In this document: one piece after another, positions 39,301 to 52,600 of the stretch | Position numbering within the stretch: the stretch's first letter is position 1 | Layout: each line of letters opens with the position of its first letter | Source of the DNA: the human T2T-CHM13v2.0 reference genome, Homo sapiens | Assembly (NCBI RefSeq): GCF_009914755.1 | Contig: NC_060944.1 | Reading direction: 5' to 3' (one strand) | DNA length: 64,000 nucleotides | Notes under the pieces: generated by a model | Databases searched by the model: none | Told to the model about the DNA's origin: nothing | Seen by the model: the letters and a program-made list of their open reading frames with translations, nothing else | Position numbers and translations under genes: made by a program

Positions 39301-41369
39301 CTGTGATGTATGTACTCAACTAACAGAACTAAACCATCGTTTTGAAGGAGCAGTTTTGAAACACTCTTTTTGCGGAATCTGCAAGTGGATATTTGGCTAG
39401 CTGGGAGGATTTCGTTGGAAACGGGATTACATACAAAAAGCAGACAGCAGCATTCTCAGAAACTTCTTTGTGATGTTTGCATTCAAGTCACAGAGTTGAA
39501 CACTCCCTTTCATAGAGCAGGTTTGAAACACTCTTTTTGTAGTATCTGGATGTGGACATTTGGATCGCTTTCAGGCCTATGGTGAAAAAGGAAATATCTT
39601 CCCATGAAAACTAGACAGAAGCATTCTCAGAAACTTATTTGTGATGTGTGCCCTCAACTGACAGTGTTGAACCTTTGTTTTGATAGAGCAGTTCTGAAAC
39701 ACACTTTTTGTAAAATCTGCAAGAGGATATTTGGATAGCTTTGAGGATTTCGTTGGAAACGGGAATGTCTTCATGTAAACTCTAGACAGAAGCATTCTCA
39801 GAAACTGCTTTGGGATGTTTCAATTGAAGTCCCAGTGTTGAACATTCCCTTTCATAGAGCAGGTTTGAAACACTCTTTTTGTACTATCTGGAAGTGGACA
39901 TTTGGAGCGCTTTCAGGTCTACGGTGAAAAAGGAGATATCTTCCAATAAAAACTAGATAGAAGCAATGTCAGAACTTTTTTCATGATGTATCTACTCAGC
40001 AAACAGAGTTGAACCTTTCTTTTGAGAGAGCAGTTTTGAAACACTCTTTTTGTGGAATATGCAAGTGGGTATTAGGCCAGCTTGGAGGATTTCGTTGGAA
40101 ACGGGAATACGTATAAAAAGCAGACAGCAGCATTGTCAGAAACTACTTTGTGATGTTTGCATTCAAGTCACAGAATTGAACACTCCCTTTCACAGAGCAG
40201 GTTTGAAACACTCTTTTTGTAGTGTCTGTAAGTGAACATTTGGATTGCTTTCAGGCCTAAGGTGAAAAAGGAAATATCTTCCCATAAAAACTAGACAGAA
40301 GCATTCTCAGAAACTTGTTTGTGATGTGTGCCCTCTACTGACAGAGTTGAACCTTTCTTTGCAAAGAGCAGTTTTGAAACACTCTTTTTGTAGAATCTGC
40401 AAGAGGATATTTGGATAGCTTTGAGGATTTCTTGGGAAACGGGAATGTCTTCAGATAAACTCTAGACAGAAGCATTCTCAGAAACTTCTTTGGGATGTTT
40501 CAATTGAAGTCACAGTGTTGAACATTCCCTTTCACAGAGCAGGTTTGAAACACTCTTTTTGTAGTGTCTATAAGTGAACATTTGGCGTGCTTTCAGGCCT
40601 AACGTGAAAAAGGAAATATCTTCCCATAAAAACTAGACAGAAGCATTCTCAGAAACTTGTTCGTGATGTGTGTCCTCTACTGACAGAGTTGAACCTTTCT
40701 TTGCAAAGAGCAGCTTTGAAACACTCTTTTTGTAGAATCTGCAAGAGGATATTTGGATAGCTTTGAGGATTTCGTTGGAAACGGGTATGTCTTCAGATAA
40801 ACTCTAGACAGAAGCATTCTCAGAAACTTCTTTGGGATGTTGCATTCAAGTCACAGAGTAGAACATTCCCATTCATAGAGCAGATTTGAAACACTCTTTT
40901 TGTAGTATCTGGAAGTGGACATTTGGAGCGCTTTCAGGCCTATGTTGAAAAAGGAAATATCTTCCCATAAAAACTAGACGGAAGCATTCTCAGAAACTTA
41001 CTTGTGATGTGTTTGCTCAACTAACAGAATTGAACCATCGTTTTGAAGGAGCAGTTTTGAAACACTGTTTTCGTGGAATCTGCAAGTGGATATTTGGCTA
41101 GCTTTGAGGATTTCGTTGGAAACGGGATTACATATAAAAAGGAGACAGCAGCATTCTCAGAAACTTCTTTGTGATGTCTGCATTCAATTCACAGAGTTGA
41201 GCATTCCCTTTCATAGAGCAGGTTGGAAACACTCTTTTTGTAGTATCTGGATGAGGACATTTGGAGCGCTTTCAGGCCTATGGTGAAAAAGGAAATATCT
41301 TCCCGTAAAAACTAGACAGAAGCATTCTCAGAAATTTATTTGTGATGTGTGCCCTCAACTAACAGAGTT

Positions 41370-44300
41370 AAAACTTTCTTTTGATAGAGCAGTTTTGAAA
41401 CACACTTTTTGTAAAATCTGCAAGAGTATATTTGGATAGCTTTGAGGATTTCGTTGCAAACGGGAATGGCTTCATATAAACTCTAGACAGAAGCATTCTC
41501 AGAAACTTCGTTGGGATGTTTCGATTGAAGTCCCAGTGTTGAACATTCCCTTTTATAGAGCAGGTTGGAAACACTCTTTCTGCATTCCCTGGAAGTGGAC
41601 ATTTGGAGCGCTTTCAGGACGACGGTGAAAATGGAAATATCTTCCAAGAAAATCTAGATAGAAGCAACGTCAGAAACTTTTATGTGATGGATCTACTCAG
41701 CTAACAGAGTTGAACCTTTCTTTTGAGAGAGCAGTTTTGCAACACTCTTTTTGTGGAATATGCAAGTGGATATTAGGGCAGCTTTGAGGATTTCGTTGGA
41801 AAGGGGAATACATGTAAAAAGCAGACAGCAGCATTCTCAGAAACTTCTTTGTGATGTTTGCATTGAAGTCACAGAGTTGAACATTCCCTTTGAGAGAGCA
41901 GGTTTGAAACACGCCTTTTGTCATATCTGGAAGTGTCCATTCGGAGCGCATTCAGGCTTGTGTTGAAAAAGGAAATATCCTCCCAGAAAAACTAGACAGA
42001 AGCATTCTCAGAAACTTCTCTGTGATGTATGTACTCAACTAACAGAACTAAACCATCGTTTTGAAGGAGCAGTTTTGAAACACTCTTTTTGCGGAATCTG
42101 CAAGTGGATATTTGGCTAGCTGGGAGGATTTCGTTGGAAACGGGATTACATACAAAAAGCTGACAGCAGCATTCTCAGAAACTTCTTTGTGATGTTTGCA
42201 TTCAAGTCACAGAGTTGAACATTCCCTTTCATAGAGCAGGTTTGAAACACTCTTTTTGTAGTATCTGGATGTGGACATTTGGATCGCTTTCAGGCCTATG
42301 GTGAAAAAGGAAATATCTTCCCATGAAAACTAGACAGAAGCATTCTCAGAAACTTATTTGTGATGTGTGCCCTCAAATGACAGTGTTGAACCTTTGTTTT
42401 GATAGAGCAGTTCTGAAACACACTTTTTGTAAAATCTGCAAGAGGATATTTGGATAGCTTTGAGGATTTCGTTGGAAACGGGAATGTCTTCATGTAAACT
42501 CTAGACAGAAGCATTCTCAGAAACTGCTTTGGGATGTTTCAATTGAAGTCCCAGTGTTGAACATTCCCATTCATAGAGCAGGTTTGAAACACTCTTTTTG
42601 TACTATCTGGAAGTGGACATTTGGAGCGCTTTCAGGTCTACGGTGAAAAAGGAGATATCTTCCAATAAAAACTAGATAGAAGCAATGTCAGAACTTTTTT
42701 CATGAGGTATCTACTCAGCAAACAGAGTTGAACCTTTCTTTTGAGAGAGCAGTTTTGAAACACTCTTTTTGTGGAATATGCAAGTGGGTATTAGGCCAGC
42801 TTGGAGGATTTCGTTGGAAACGGGAATACGTATAAAAAGCAGACAGCAGCATTGTCAGAAACTACTTTGTGATGTTTGCATTCAAGTCACAGAATTGAAC
42901 ACTCCCTTTCACAGAGCAGGTTTGAAACACTCTTTTTGTAGTGTCTGTAAGTGAACATTTGGATTGCTTTCAGGCCTAAGGTGAAAAAGGAAATATCTTC
43001 CCATAAAAACTAGACAGAAGCATTCTCAGAAACTTGTTTGTGATGTGTGCCCTCTACTGACAGAGTTGAACCTTTCTTTGCAAAGAGCAGTTTTGAAACA
43101 CTCTTTTTGTAGAATCTGCAAGAGGATATTTGGATAGCTTTGAGGATTTCTTGGGAAACGGGAATGTCTTCAGATAAACTCTAGACAGAAGCATTCTCAG
43201 AAACTTCTTTGGGATGTTTCAATTGAAGTCACAGTGTTGAACATTCCCTTTCACAGAGCAGGTTTGAAACACTCTTTTTGTAGTGTCTATAAGTGAACAT
43301 TTGGCGTGCTTTCAGTTGTAACGTGAAAAAGGAAATATCTTCCCATAAAAACTAGACAGAAGCATTCTCAGAAACTTGTTCGTGATGTGTGTCCTCTACT
43401 GACAGAGTTGAACCTTTCTTTGCAAAGAGCAGCTTTGAAACACTCTTTTTGTAGAATCTGCAAGAGGATATTTGGATAGCTTTGAGGATTTCGTTGGAAA
43501 CGGGTATGTCTTCAGATAAACTCTAGACAGAAGCATTCTCAGAAACTTCTTTGGGATGTTGCATTCAAGTCACAGAGTAGAACATTCCCATTCATAGAGC
43601 AGATTTGAAACACTCTTTTTGTAGTATCTGGAAGTGGACATTTGGAGCGCTTTCAGGCCTATGTTGAAAAAGGAAATATCTTCCCATAAAAACTAGACGG
43701 AAGCATTCTCAGATACTTACTTGTGATGTGTTTGCTCAACTAACAGAATTGAACCATCGTTTTGAAGGAGCAGTTTTGAAACACTGTTTTCATGGAATCT
43801 GCAAGTGGATATTTGGCTAGCTTTGAGGATTTCGTTGGAAACGGGATTACATATAAAAAGGAGACAGCAGCATTCTCAGAAACTTCTTTGTGATGTCTGC
43901 ATTCAATTCACAGAGTTGAGCATTCCCTTTCATAGAGCAGGTTGGAAACACTCTTTTTGTAGTATCTGGATGAGGACATTTGGAGCGCTTTCAGGCGTAT
44001 GGTGAAAAAGGAAATATCTTCCCGTAAAAACTAGACAGAAGCATTCTCAGAAATTTATTTGTGATGAGTGCCCTCAACTAACAGAGTTGAACCTTTCTTT
44101 TGATAGAGCAGTTTTGAAACACTCTTTTTGTAAAATCTGCAAGAGTATATTTGGATAGCTTTGAGGATTTCGTTGCAAACGGGAATGGCTTCATATAAAC
44201 TCTAGACAGAAGCATTCTCAGAAACTTCGTTGGTATGTTTCGATTGAAGTCCCAGTGTTGAACATTCCCTTTTATAGAGCAGGTTGGAAACACTCTTTCT

Positions 44301-47300
44301 GCATTCCCTGGAAGTGGACATTTGGAGCGCTTTCAGGACGACGGTGAAAATGGAAATATCTTCCAATAAAATCTAGATAGAAGCAATGTCAGAAACTTTT
44401 CTGTGATGGATCTACTCAGCTAACAGAGTTGAACCTTTCTTTTGAGAGAGCAGTTTTGCAACACTCTTTTTGTGGAATATGCAAGTGGATATTAGGGCAG
44501 CTTTGAGGATTTCGTTGGAAACGGGAATACATGTAAAAAGCAGACAGCAGCATTCTCAGAAACTTCTTTGTGATGTTTGCATTGAAGTCACAGAGTTGAA
44601 CATTCCCTTTGAGAGAGCAGGTTTGAAACACGCCTTTTGTCATATCTGGAAGTGTCCATTCGGAGCGCATTCAGGCTTGTGTTGAAAAAGGAAATATCCT
44701 CCCATAAAAACTAGACAGCAGCATTCTCAGAAACTTATCTGTGATGTATGTACTCAACTAACAGAACTAAACCATCGTTTTGAAGGAGCAGTTTTGAAAC
44801 ACTCTTTTTGCGGAATCTGCAAGTGGATATGTGGCTAGCTGGGAGGATTTCGTTGGAAACGGGATTACATACAAAAAGCAGACAGCAGCATTCTCAGAAA
44901 CTTCTTTGTGATGTTTGCATTCAAGTCACAGAGTTGAACATTCCCTTTCATAGAGCAGGTTTGAAACACTCTTTTTGTAGTATCTGGATGTGGACATTTG
45001 GATCGCTTTCAGGCCTATGGTGAAAAAGGAAATATCTTCCCATGAAAACTAGACAGAAGCATTCTCAGAAACTTATTTGTGATGTGTGCCCTCAACTGAC
45101 AGTGTTGAACCTTTGTTTTGATAGAGCAGTTCTGAAACACACTTTTTGTAAAATCTGCAAGAGGATATTTGGATAGCTTTGAGGATTTCGTTGGTAACGG
45201 GAATGTCTTCATGTAAACTCTAGACAGAAGCATTCTCAGAAACTGCTTTGGGATGTTTCAATTGAAGTCCCAGTGTTGAACATTCCCATTCATAGAGCAG
45301 GTTTGAAACACTCTTTTTGTACTATCAGGAAGTGGACATTTGGAGCGCTTTCAGGTCTACGGTGAAAAAGGAGATATCTTCCAATAAAAACTAGATAGAA
45401 GCAATGTCAGAACTTTTTTCATGAGGTATCTACTCAGCAAACAGAGTTGAACCTTTCTTTTGAGAGAGCAGTTTTGAAACACTCTTTTTGTGGAATATGC
45501 AAGTGGGTATTAGGCCAGCTTGGAGGATTTCGTTGGAAACGGGAATACGTATAAAAAGCAGACAGCAGCATTGTCAGAAACTACTTTGTGATGTTTGCAT
45601 TCAAGTCACAGAATTGAACACTCCCTTTCACAGAGCAGGTTTGAAACACTCTTTTTGTAGTGTCTGTAAGTGAACATTTGGATTGCTTTCAGGCCTAAGG
45701 TGAAAAAGGAAATATCTTCCCATAAAAACTAGACAGAAGCATTCTCAGAAACTTGTTTGTGATGTGTGCCCTCTACTGACAGAGTTGAACCTTTCTTTGC
45801 AAAGAGCAGTTTTGAAACACCCTTTTTGTAGAATCTGCAAGAGGATATTTGGATAGCTTTGAGGATTTCTTGGGAAACGGGAATGTCTTCAGATAAACTC
45901 TAGACAGAAGCATTCTCAGAAACTTCTTTGGGATGTTTCAATTGAAGTCACAGTGTTGAACATTCCCTTTCACAGAGCAGGTTTGAAACACTCTTTTTGT
46001 AGTGTCTATAAGTGAACATTTGGCGTGCTTTCAGGCCTAACGTGAAAAAGGAAATATCTTCCCATAAAAACTAGACAGAAGCATTCTCAGAAACTTGTTC
46101 GTGATGTGTGTCCTCTACTGACAGAGTTGAACCTTTCTTTGCAAAGAGCAGCTTTGAAACACTCTTTTTGTAGAATCTGCAAGAGGATATTTGGATAGCT
46201 TTGAGGATTTCGTTGGAAACGGGTATGTCTTCAGATAAACTCTAGACAGAAGCATTCTCAGAAACTTCTTTGGGATGTTGCATTCAAGTCACAGAGTAGA
46301 ACATTCCCATTCATAGAGCAGATTTGAAACACTCTTTTTGTAGTATCTGGAAGTGGACATTTGGAGCGCTTTCAGGCCTATGTTGAAAAAGGAAATATCT
46401 TCCCATAAAAACTAGACGGAAGCATTCTCAGAAACTTACTTGTGATGTGTTTGCTCAACTAACAGAATTGAACCATCGTTTTGAAGGAGCAGTTTTGAAA
46501 CACTGTTTTCGTGGAATCTGCAAGTGGATATTTGGCTAGCTTTGAGGATTTCGTTGGAAACGGGATTACATATAAAAAGGAGACAGCAGCATTCTCAGAA
46601 ACTTCTTAGTGATGTCTGCATTCAATTCACAGAGTTGAGCATTCCCTTTCATAGAGCAGGTTGGAAACACTCTTTTTGTAGTATCTGGATGAGGACATTT
46701 GGAGCGCTTTCAGGCCTATGGTGAAAAAGGAAATATCTTCCCGTAAAAACTAGACAGAAGCATTCTCAGAAATTTATTTGTGATGTGTGCCCTCAACTAA
46801 CAGAGTTGAAACTTTCTTTTGATAGAGCAGTTTTGAAACACTCTTTTTGTAAAATCTGCAAGAGTATATTTGGATAGCTTTGAGGATTTCGTTGCAAACG
46901 GGAATGGCTTCATATAAACTCTAGACAGAAGCATTCTCAGAAACTTCGTTGGGATGTTTCGATTGAAGTCCCAGTGTTGAACATTCCCTTTTATAGAGTA
47001 GGTTGGAAACACTCTTTCTGCATTCCCTGGAAGTGGACATTTGGAGCGCTTTCAGGACGACGGTGAAAATGGAAATATCTTCCAAGAAAATCTAGATAGA
47101 AGCAACGTCAGAAACTTTTATGTGATGGATCTACTCAGCTAACAGAGTTGAACCTTTCTTTTGAGAGAGCAGTTTTGCAACACTCTTTTTGTGGAATATG
47201 CAAGTGGATATTAGGGCAGCTTTGAGGATTTCGTTGGAAAGGGGAATACATGTAAAAAGCAGACAGCAGCATTCTCAGAAACTTCTTTGTGATGTTTGCA

Positions 47301-49672
47301 TTGAAGTCACAGAGTTGAACATTCCCTTTGAGAGAGCAGGTTTGAAACACGCCTTTTGTCATATCTGGAAGTGTCCATTCGGAGCGCATTCAGGCTTGTG
47401 TTGAAAAAGGAAATATCCTCCCAGAAAAACTAGACAGAAGCATTCTCAGAAACTTCTCTGTGATGTATGTACTCAACTAACAGAACTAAACCATCGTTTT
47501 GAAGGAGCAGTTTTGAAACACTCTTTTTGCGGAATCTGCAAGTGGATATTTGGCTAGCTGGGAGGATTTCGTTGGAAACGGGATTACATACAAAAAGCAG
47601 ACAGCAGCATTCTCAGAAACTTCTTTGTGATGTTTGCATTCAAGTCACAGAGTTGAACATTCCCTTTCATAGAGCAGGTTTGAAACACTCTTTTTGTAGT
47701 ATCTGGATGTGGACATTTGGATCGCTTTCAGGCCTATGGTGAAAAAGGAAATATCTTCCCATGAAAACTAGACAGAAGCATTCTCAGAAACTTATTTGTG
47801 ATGTGTGCCCTCAACTGACAGTGTTGAACCTTTGTTTTGATAGAGCAGTTCTGAAACACACTTTTTGTAAAATCTGCAAGAGGATATTTGGATAGCTTTG
47901 AGGATTTCGTTGGAAACGGGAATGTCTTCATGTAAACTCTAGACAGAAGCATTCTCAGAAACTGCTTTGGGATGTTTCAATTGAAGTCCCAGTGTTGAAC
48001 ATTCCCATTCATAGAGCAGGTTTGAAACACTCTTTTTGTACTATCTGGAAGTGGACATTTGGAGCGCTTTCAGGTCTACGGTGAAAAAGGAGATATCTTC
48101 CAATAAAAACTAGATAGAAGCAATGTCAGAACTTTTTTCATGAGGTATCTACTCAGCAAACAGAGTTGAACCTTTCTTTTGAGAGAGCAGTTTTGAAACA
48201 CTCTTTTTGTGGAATATGCAAGTGGGTATTAGGCCAGCTTGGAGGATTTCGTTGCAAACGGGAATACGTATAAAAAGCAGACAGCAGCATTGTCAGAAAC
48301 TACTTTGTGATGTTTGCATTCAAGTCACAGAATTGAACACTCCCTTTCACAGAGCAGGTTTGAAACACTCTTTTTGTAGTGTCTGTAAGTGAACATTTGG
48401 ATTGCTTTCAGGCCTAAGGTGAAAAAGGAAATATCTTCCCATAAAAACTAGACAGAAGCATTCTCAGAAACTTGTTTGTGATGTGTGCCCTCTACTGACA
48501 GAGTTGAACCTTTCTTTGCAAAGAGCAGTTTTGAAACACTCTTTTTGTAGAATCTGCAAGAGGATATTTGGATAGCTTTGAGGATTTCTTGGGAAACGGG
48601 AATGTCTTCAGATAAACTCTAGACAGAAGCATTCTCAGAAACTTCTTTGGGATGTTTCAATTGAAGTCACAGTGTTGAACATTCCCTTTCACAGAGCAGG
48701 TTTGAAACACTCTTTTTGTAGTGTCTATAAGTGAACATTTGGCGTGCTTTCAGTTGTAACGTGAAAAAGGAAATATCTTCCCATAAAAACTAGACAGAAG
48801 CATTCTCAGAAACTTGTTCGTGATGTGTGTCCTCTACTGACAGAGTTGAACCTTTCTTTGCAAAGAGCAGCTTTGAAACACTCTTTTTGTATAATCTGCA
48901 AGAGGATATTTGGATAGCTTTGAGGATTTCGTTGGAAACGGGTATGTCTTCAGATAAACTCTAGACAGAAGCATTCTCAGAAACTTCTTTGGGATCTTGC
49001 ATTCAAGTCACAGAGTAGAACATTCCCATTCATAGAGCAGATTTGAAACACTCTTTTTGTAGTATCTGGAAGTGGACATTTGGAGCGCTTTCAGGCCTAT
49101 GTTGAAAAAGGAAATATCTTCCCATAAAAACTAGACGGAAGCATTCTCAGAAACTTACTTGTGATGTGTTTGCTCAACTAACAGAATTGAACCATCGTTT
49201 TGAAGGAGCAGTTTTGAAACACTGTTTTCGTGGAATCTGCAAGTGGATATTTGGCTAGCTTTGAGGATTTCGTTGGAAACGGGATTACATATAAAAAGGA
49301 GACAGCAGCATTCTCAGAAACTTCTTTGTGATGTCTGCATTCAATTCACAGAGTTGAGCATTCCCTTTCATAGAGCAGGTTGGAAACACTCTTTTTGTAG
49401 TATCTGGATGAGGACATTTGGAGCGCTTTCAGGCGTATGGTGAAAAAGGAAATATCTTCCCGTAAAAACTAGACAGAAGCATTCTCAGAAATTTATTTGT
49501 GATGAGTGCCCTCAACTAACAGAGTTGAACCTTTCTTTTGATAGAGCAGTTTTGAAACACTCTTTTTGTAAAATCTGCAAGAGTATATTTGGATAGCTTT
49601 GAGGATTTCGTTGCAAACGGGAATGGCTTCATATAAACTCTAGACAGAAGCATTCTCAGAAACTTCGTTGGT
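41370..49672 (+). repeat. Older tandem duplication of a 2-HOR block (period 5438 bp); approximate extent
   Basis: Variants pair at +5438: 41648/47086, 41803/47241, 43316-18/48754-56, 43997/49435, 44067/49505, 44234/49672. Many unshared SNVs are also present. Confidence 0.8.
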
Positions 49673-52600
49673 ATGTTTCGATTGAAGTCCCAGTGTTGAA
49701 CATTCCCTTTTATAGAGCAGGTTGGAAACACTCTTTCTGCATTCCCTGGAAGTGGACATTTGGAGCGCTTTCAGGACGACGGTGAAAATGGAAATATCTT
49801 CCAATAAAATCTAGATAGAAGCAATGTCAGAAACTTTTCTGTGATGGATCTACTCAGCTAACAGAGTTGAACCTTTCTTTTGAGAGAGCAGTTTTGCAAC
49901 ACTCTTTTTGTGGAATATGCAAGTGGATATTAGGGCAGCTTTGAGGATTTCGTTGGAAACGGGAATACATGTAAAAAGCAGACAGCAGCATTCTCAGAAA
50001 CTTCTTTGTGATGTTTGCATTGAAGTCACAGAGTTGAACATTCCCTTTGAGAGAGCAGGTTTGAAACACGCCTTTTGTCATATCTGGAAGTGTCCATTCG
50101 GAGCGCATTCAGGCTTGTGTTGAAAAAGGAAATATCCTCCCATAAAAACTAGACAGAAGCATTGTCAGAAACTTCTCTGTGATGTATGTACTCAACTAAC
50201 AGAACTAAACCATCGTTTTGAAGGAGCAGTTTTGAAACACTCTTTTTGCGGAATCTGCAAGTGGATATTTGGCTAGCTGGGAGGATTTCGTTGGAAACGG
50301 GATTACATACAAAAAGCAGACAGCAGCATTCTCAGAAACTTCTTTGTGATGTTTGCATTCAAGTCACAGAGTTGAACATTCCCTTTCATAGAGCAGGTTT
50401 GAAACACTCTTTTTGTAGTATCTGGATGTGGACATTTGGATCGCTTTCAGGCCTATGGTGAAAAAGGAAATATCTTCCCATGAAAACTAGACAGAAGCAT
50501 TCTCAGAAACTTATTTGTGATGTGTGCCCTCAACTGACAGTGTTGAACCTTTGTTTTGATAGAGCAGTTCTGAAACACACTTTTTGTAAAATCTGCAAGA
50601 GGATATTTGGATAGCTTCGAGGATTTCGTTGGAAACGGGAATGTCTTCATGTAAACTCTAGACAGAAGCATTCTCAGAAACTGCTTTGGGATGTTTCAAT
50701 TGAAGTCCCAGTGTTGAACATTCCCATTCATAGAGCAGGTTTGAAACACTCTTTTTGTACTATCTGGAAGTGGACATTTGGAGCGCTTTCAGGTCTACGG
50801 TGAAAAAGGAGATATCTTCCAATAAAAACTAGATAGAAGCAATGTCAGAACTTTTTTCATGAGGTATCTACTCAGCAAACAGAGTTGAACCTTTCTTTTG
50901 AGAGAGCAGTTTTGAAACACTCTTTTTGTGGAATATGCAAGTGGGTATTAGGCCAGCTTGGAGGATTTCGTTGGAAACGGGAATACGTATAAAAAGCAGA
51001 CAGCAGCATTGTCAGAAACTACTTTGTGATGTTTGCATTCAAGTCACAGAATTGAACACTCCCTTTCACAGAGCAGGTTTGAAACACTCTTTTTGTAGTG
51101 TCTGTAAGTGAACATTTGGATTGCTTTCAGGCCTAAGGTGAAAAAGGAAATATCTTCCCATAAAAACTAGACAGAAGCATTCTCAGAAACTTGTTTGTGA
51201 TGTGTGCCCTCTACTGACAGAGTTGAACCTTTCTTTGCAAAGAGCAGTTTTGAAACACTCTTTTTGTAGAATCTGCAAGAGGATATTTGGATAGCTTTGA
51301 GGATTTCTTGGGAAACGGGAATGTCTTCAGATAAACTCTAGACAGAAGCATTCTCAGAAACTTCTTTGGGATGTTTCAATTGAAGTCACAGTGTTGAACA
51401 TTCCCTTTCACAGAGCAGGTTTGAAACACTCTTTTTGTAGTGTCTATAAGTGAACATTTGGCGTGCTTTCAGGCCTAACGTGAAAAAGGAAATATCTTCC
51501 CATAAAAACTAGACAGAAGCATTCTCAGAAACTTGTTCGTGATGTGTGCCCTCTAACTGACAGAGTTGAACCTTTCTTTGCAAAGAGCAGCTTTGAAACA
51601 CTCTTTTTGTAGAATCTGCAAGAGGATATTTGGATAGCTTGGAGGATTTCGTTGGAAACGGGTATGTCTTCAGATAAACTCTAGACAGAAGCATTCTCAG
51701 AAACTTCTTTGGGATGTTGCATTCAAGTCACAGAGTAGAACATTCCCATTCATAGAGCAGATTTGAAACACTCTTTTTGTAGTATCTGGAAGTGGACATT
51801 TGGAGCGCTTTCAGGCCTATGTTGAAAAAGGAAATATCTTCCCATAAAAACTAGACGGAAGCATTCTCAGAAACTTACTTGTGATGTGTTTGCTCAACTA
51901 ACAGAATTGAACCATCGTTTTGAAGGAGCAGTTTTGAAACACTGTTTTCGTGGAATCTGCAAGTGGATATTTGGCTAGCTTTGAGGATTTCGTTGGAAAC
52001 GGGATTACATATAAAAAGGAGACAGCAGCATTCTCAGAAACTTCTTTGTGATGTCTGCATTCAATTCACAGAGTTGAGCATTCCCTTTCATAGAGCAGGT
52101 TGGAAACACTCTTTTTGTAGTATCTGGATGAGGACATTTGGAGCGCTTTCAGGCCTATGGTGAAAAAGGAAATATCTTCCCGTAAAAACTAGACAGAAGC
52201 ATTCTCAGAAATTTATTTGTGATGTGTGCCCTCAACTAACAGAGTTGAACCTTTCTTTTGATAGAGCAGTTTTGAAACACTCTCTTTGTAAAATCTGCAA
52301 GAGGATATTTGGATAGCTTTGAGGATTTCGTTGCAAACGGGAATGGCTTCATATAAACTCTAGACAGAAGCATTCTCAGAAACTTCGTTGGGATGTTTCG
52401 ATTGAAGTCCCAGTGTTGAACATTCCCTTTTATAGAGCAGGTTGGAAACACTCTTTCTGCATTCCCTGGAAGTGGACATTTGGAGCGCTTTCAGGACGAC
52501 GGTGAAAATGGAAATATCTTCCAAGAAAATCTAGATAGAAGCAACGTCAGAAACTTTTCTGTGATGGATCTACTCAGCTAACAGAGTTGAACCTTTCTTT

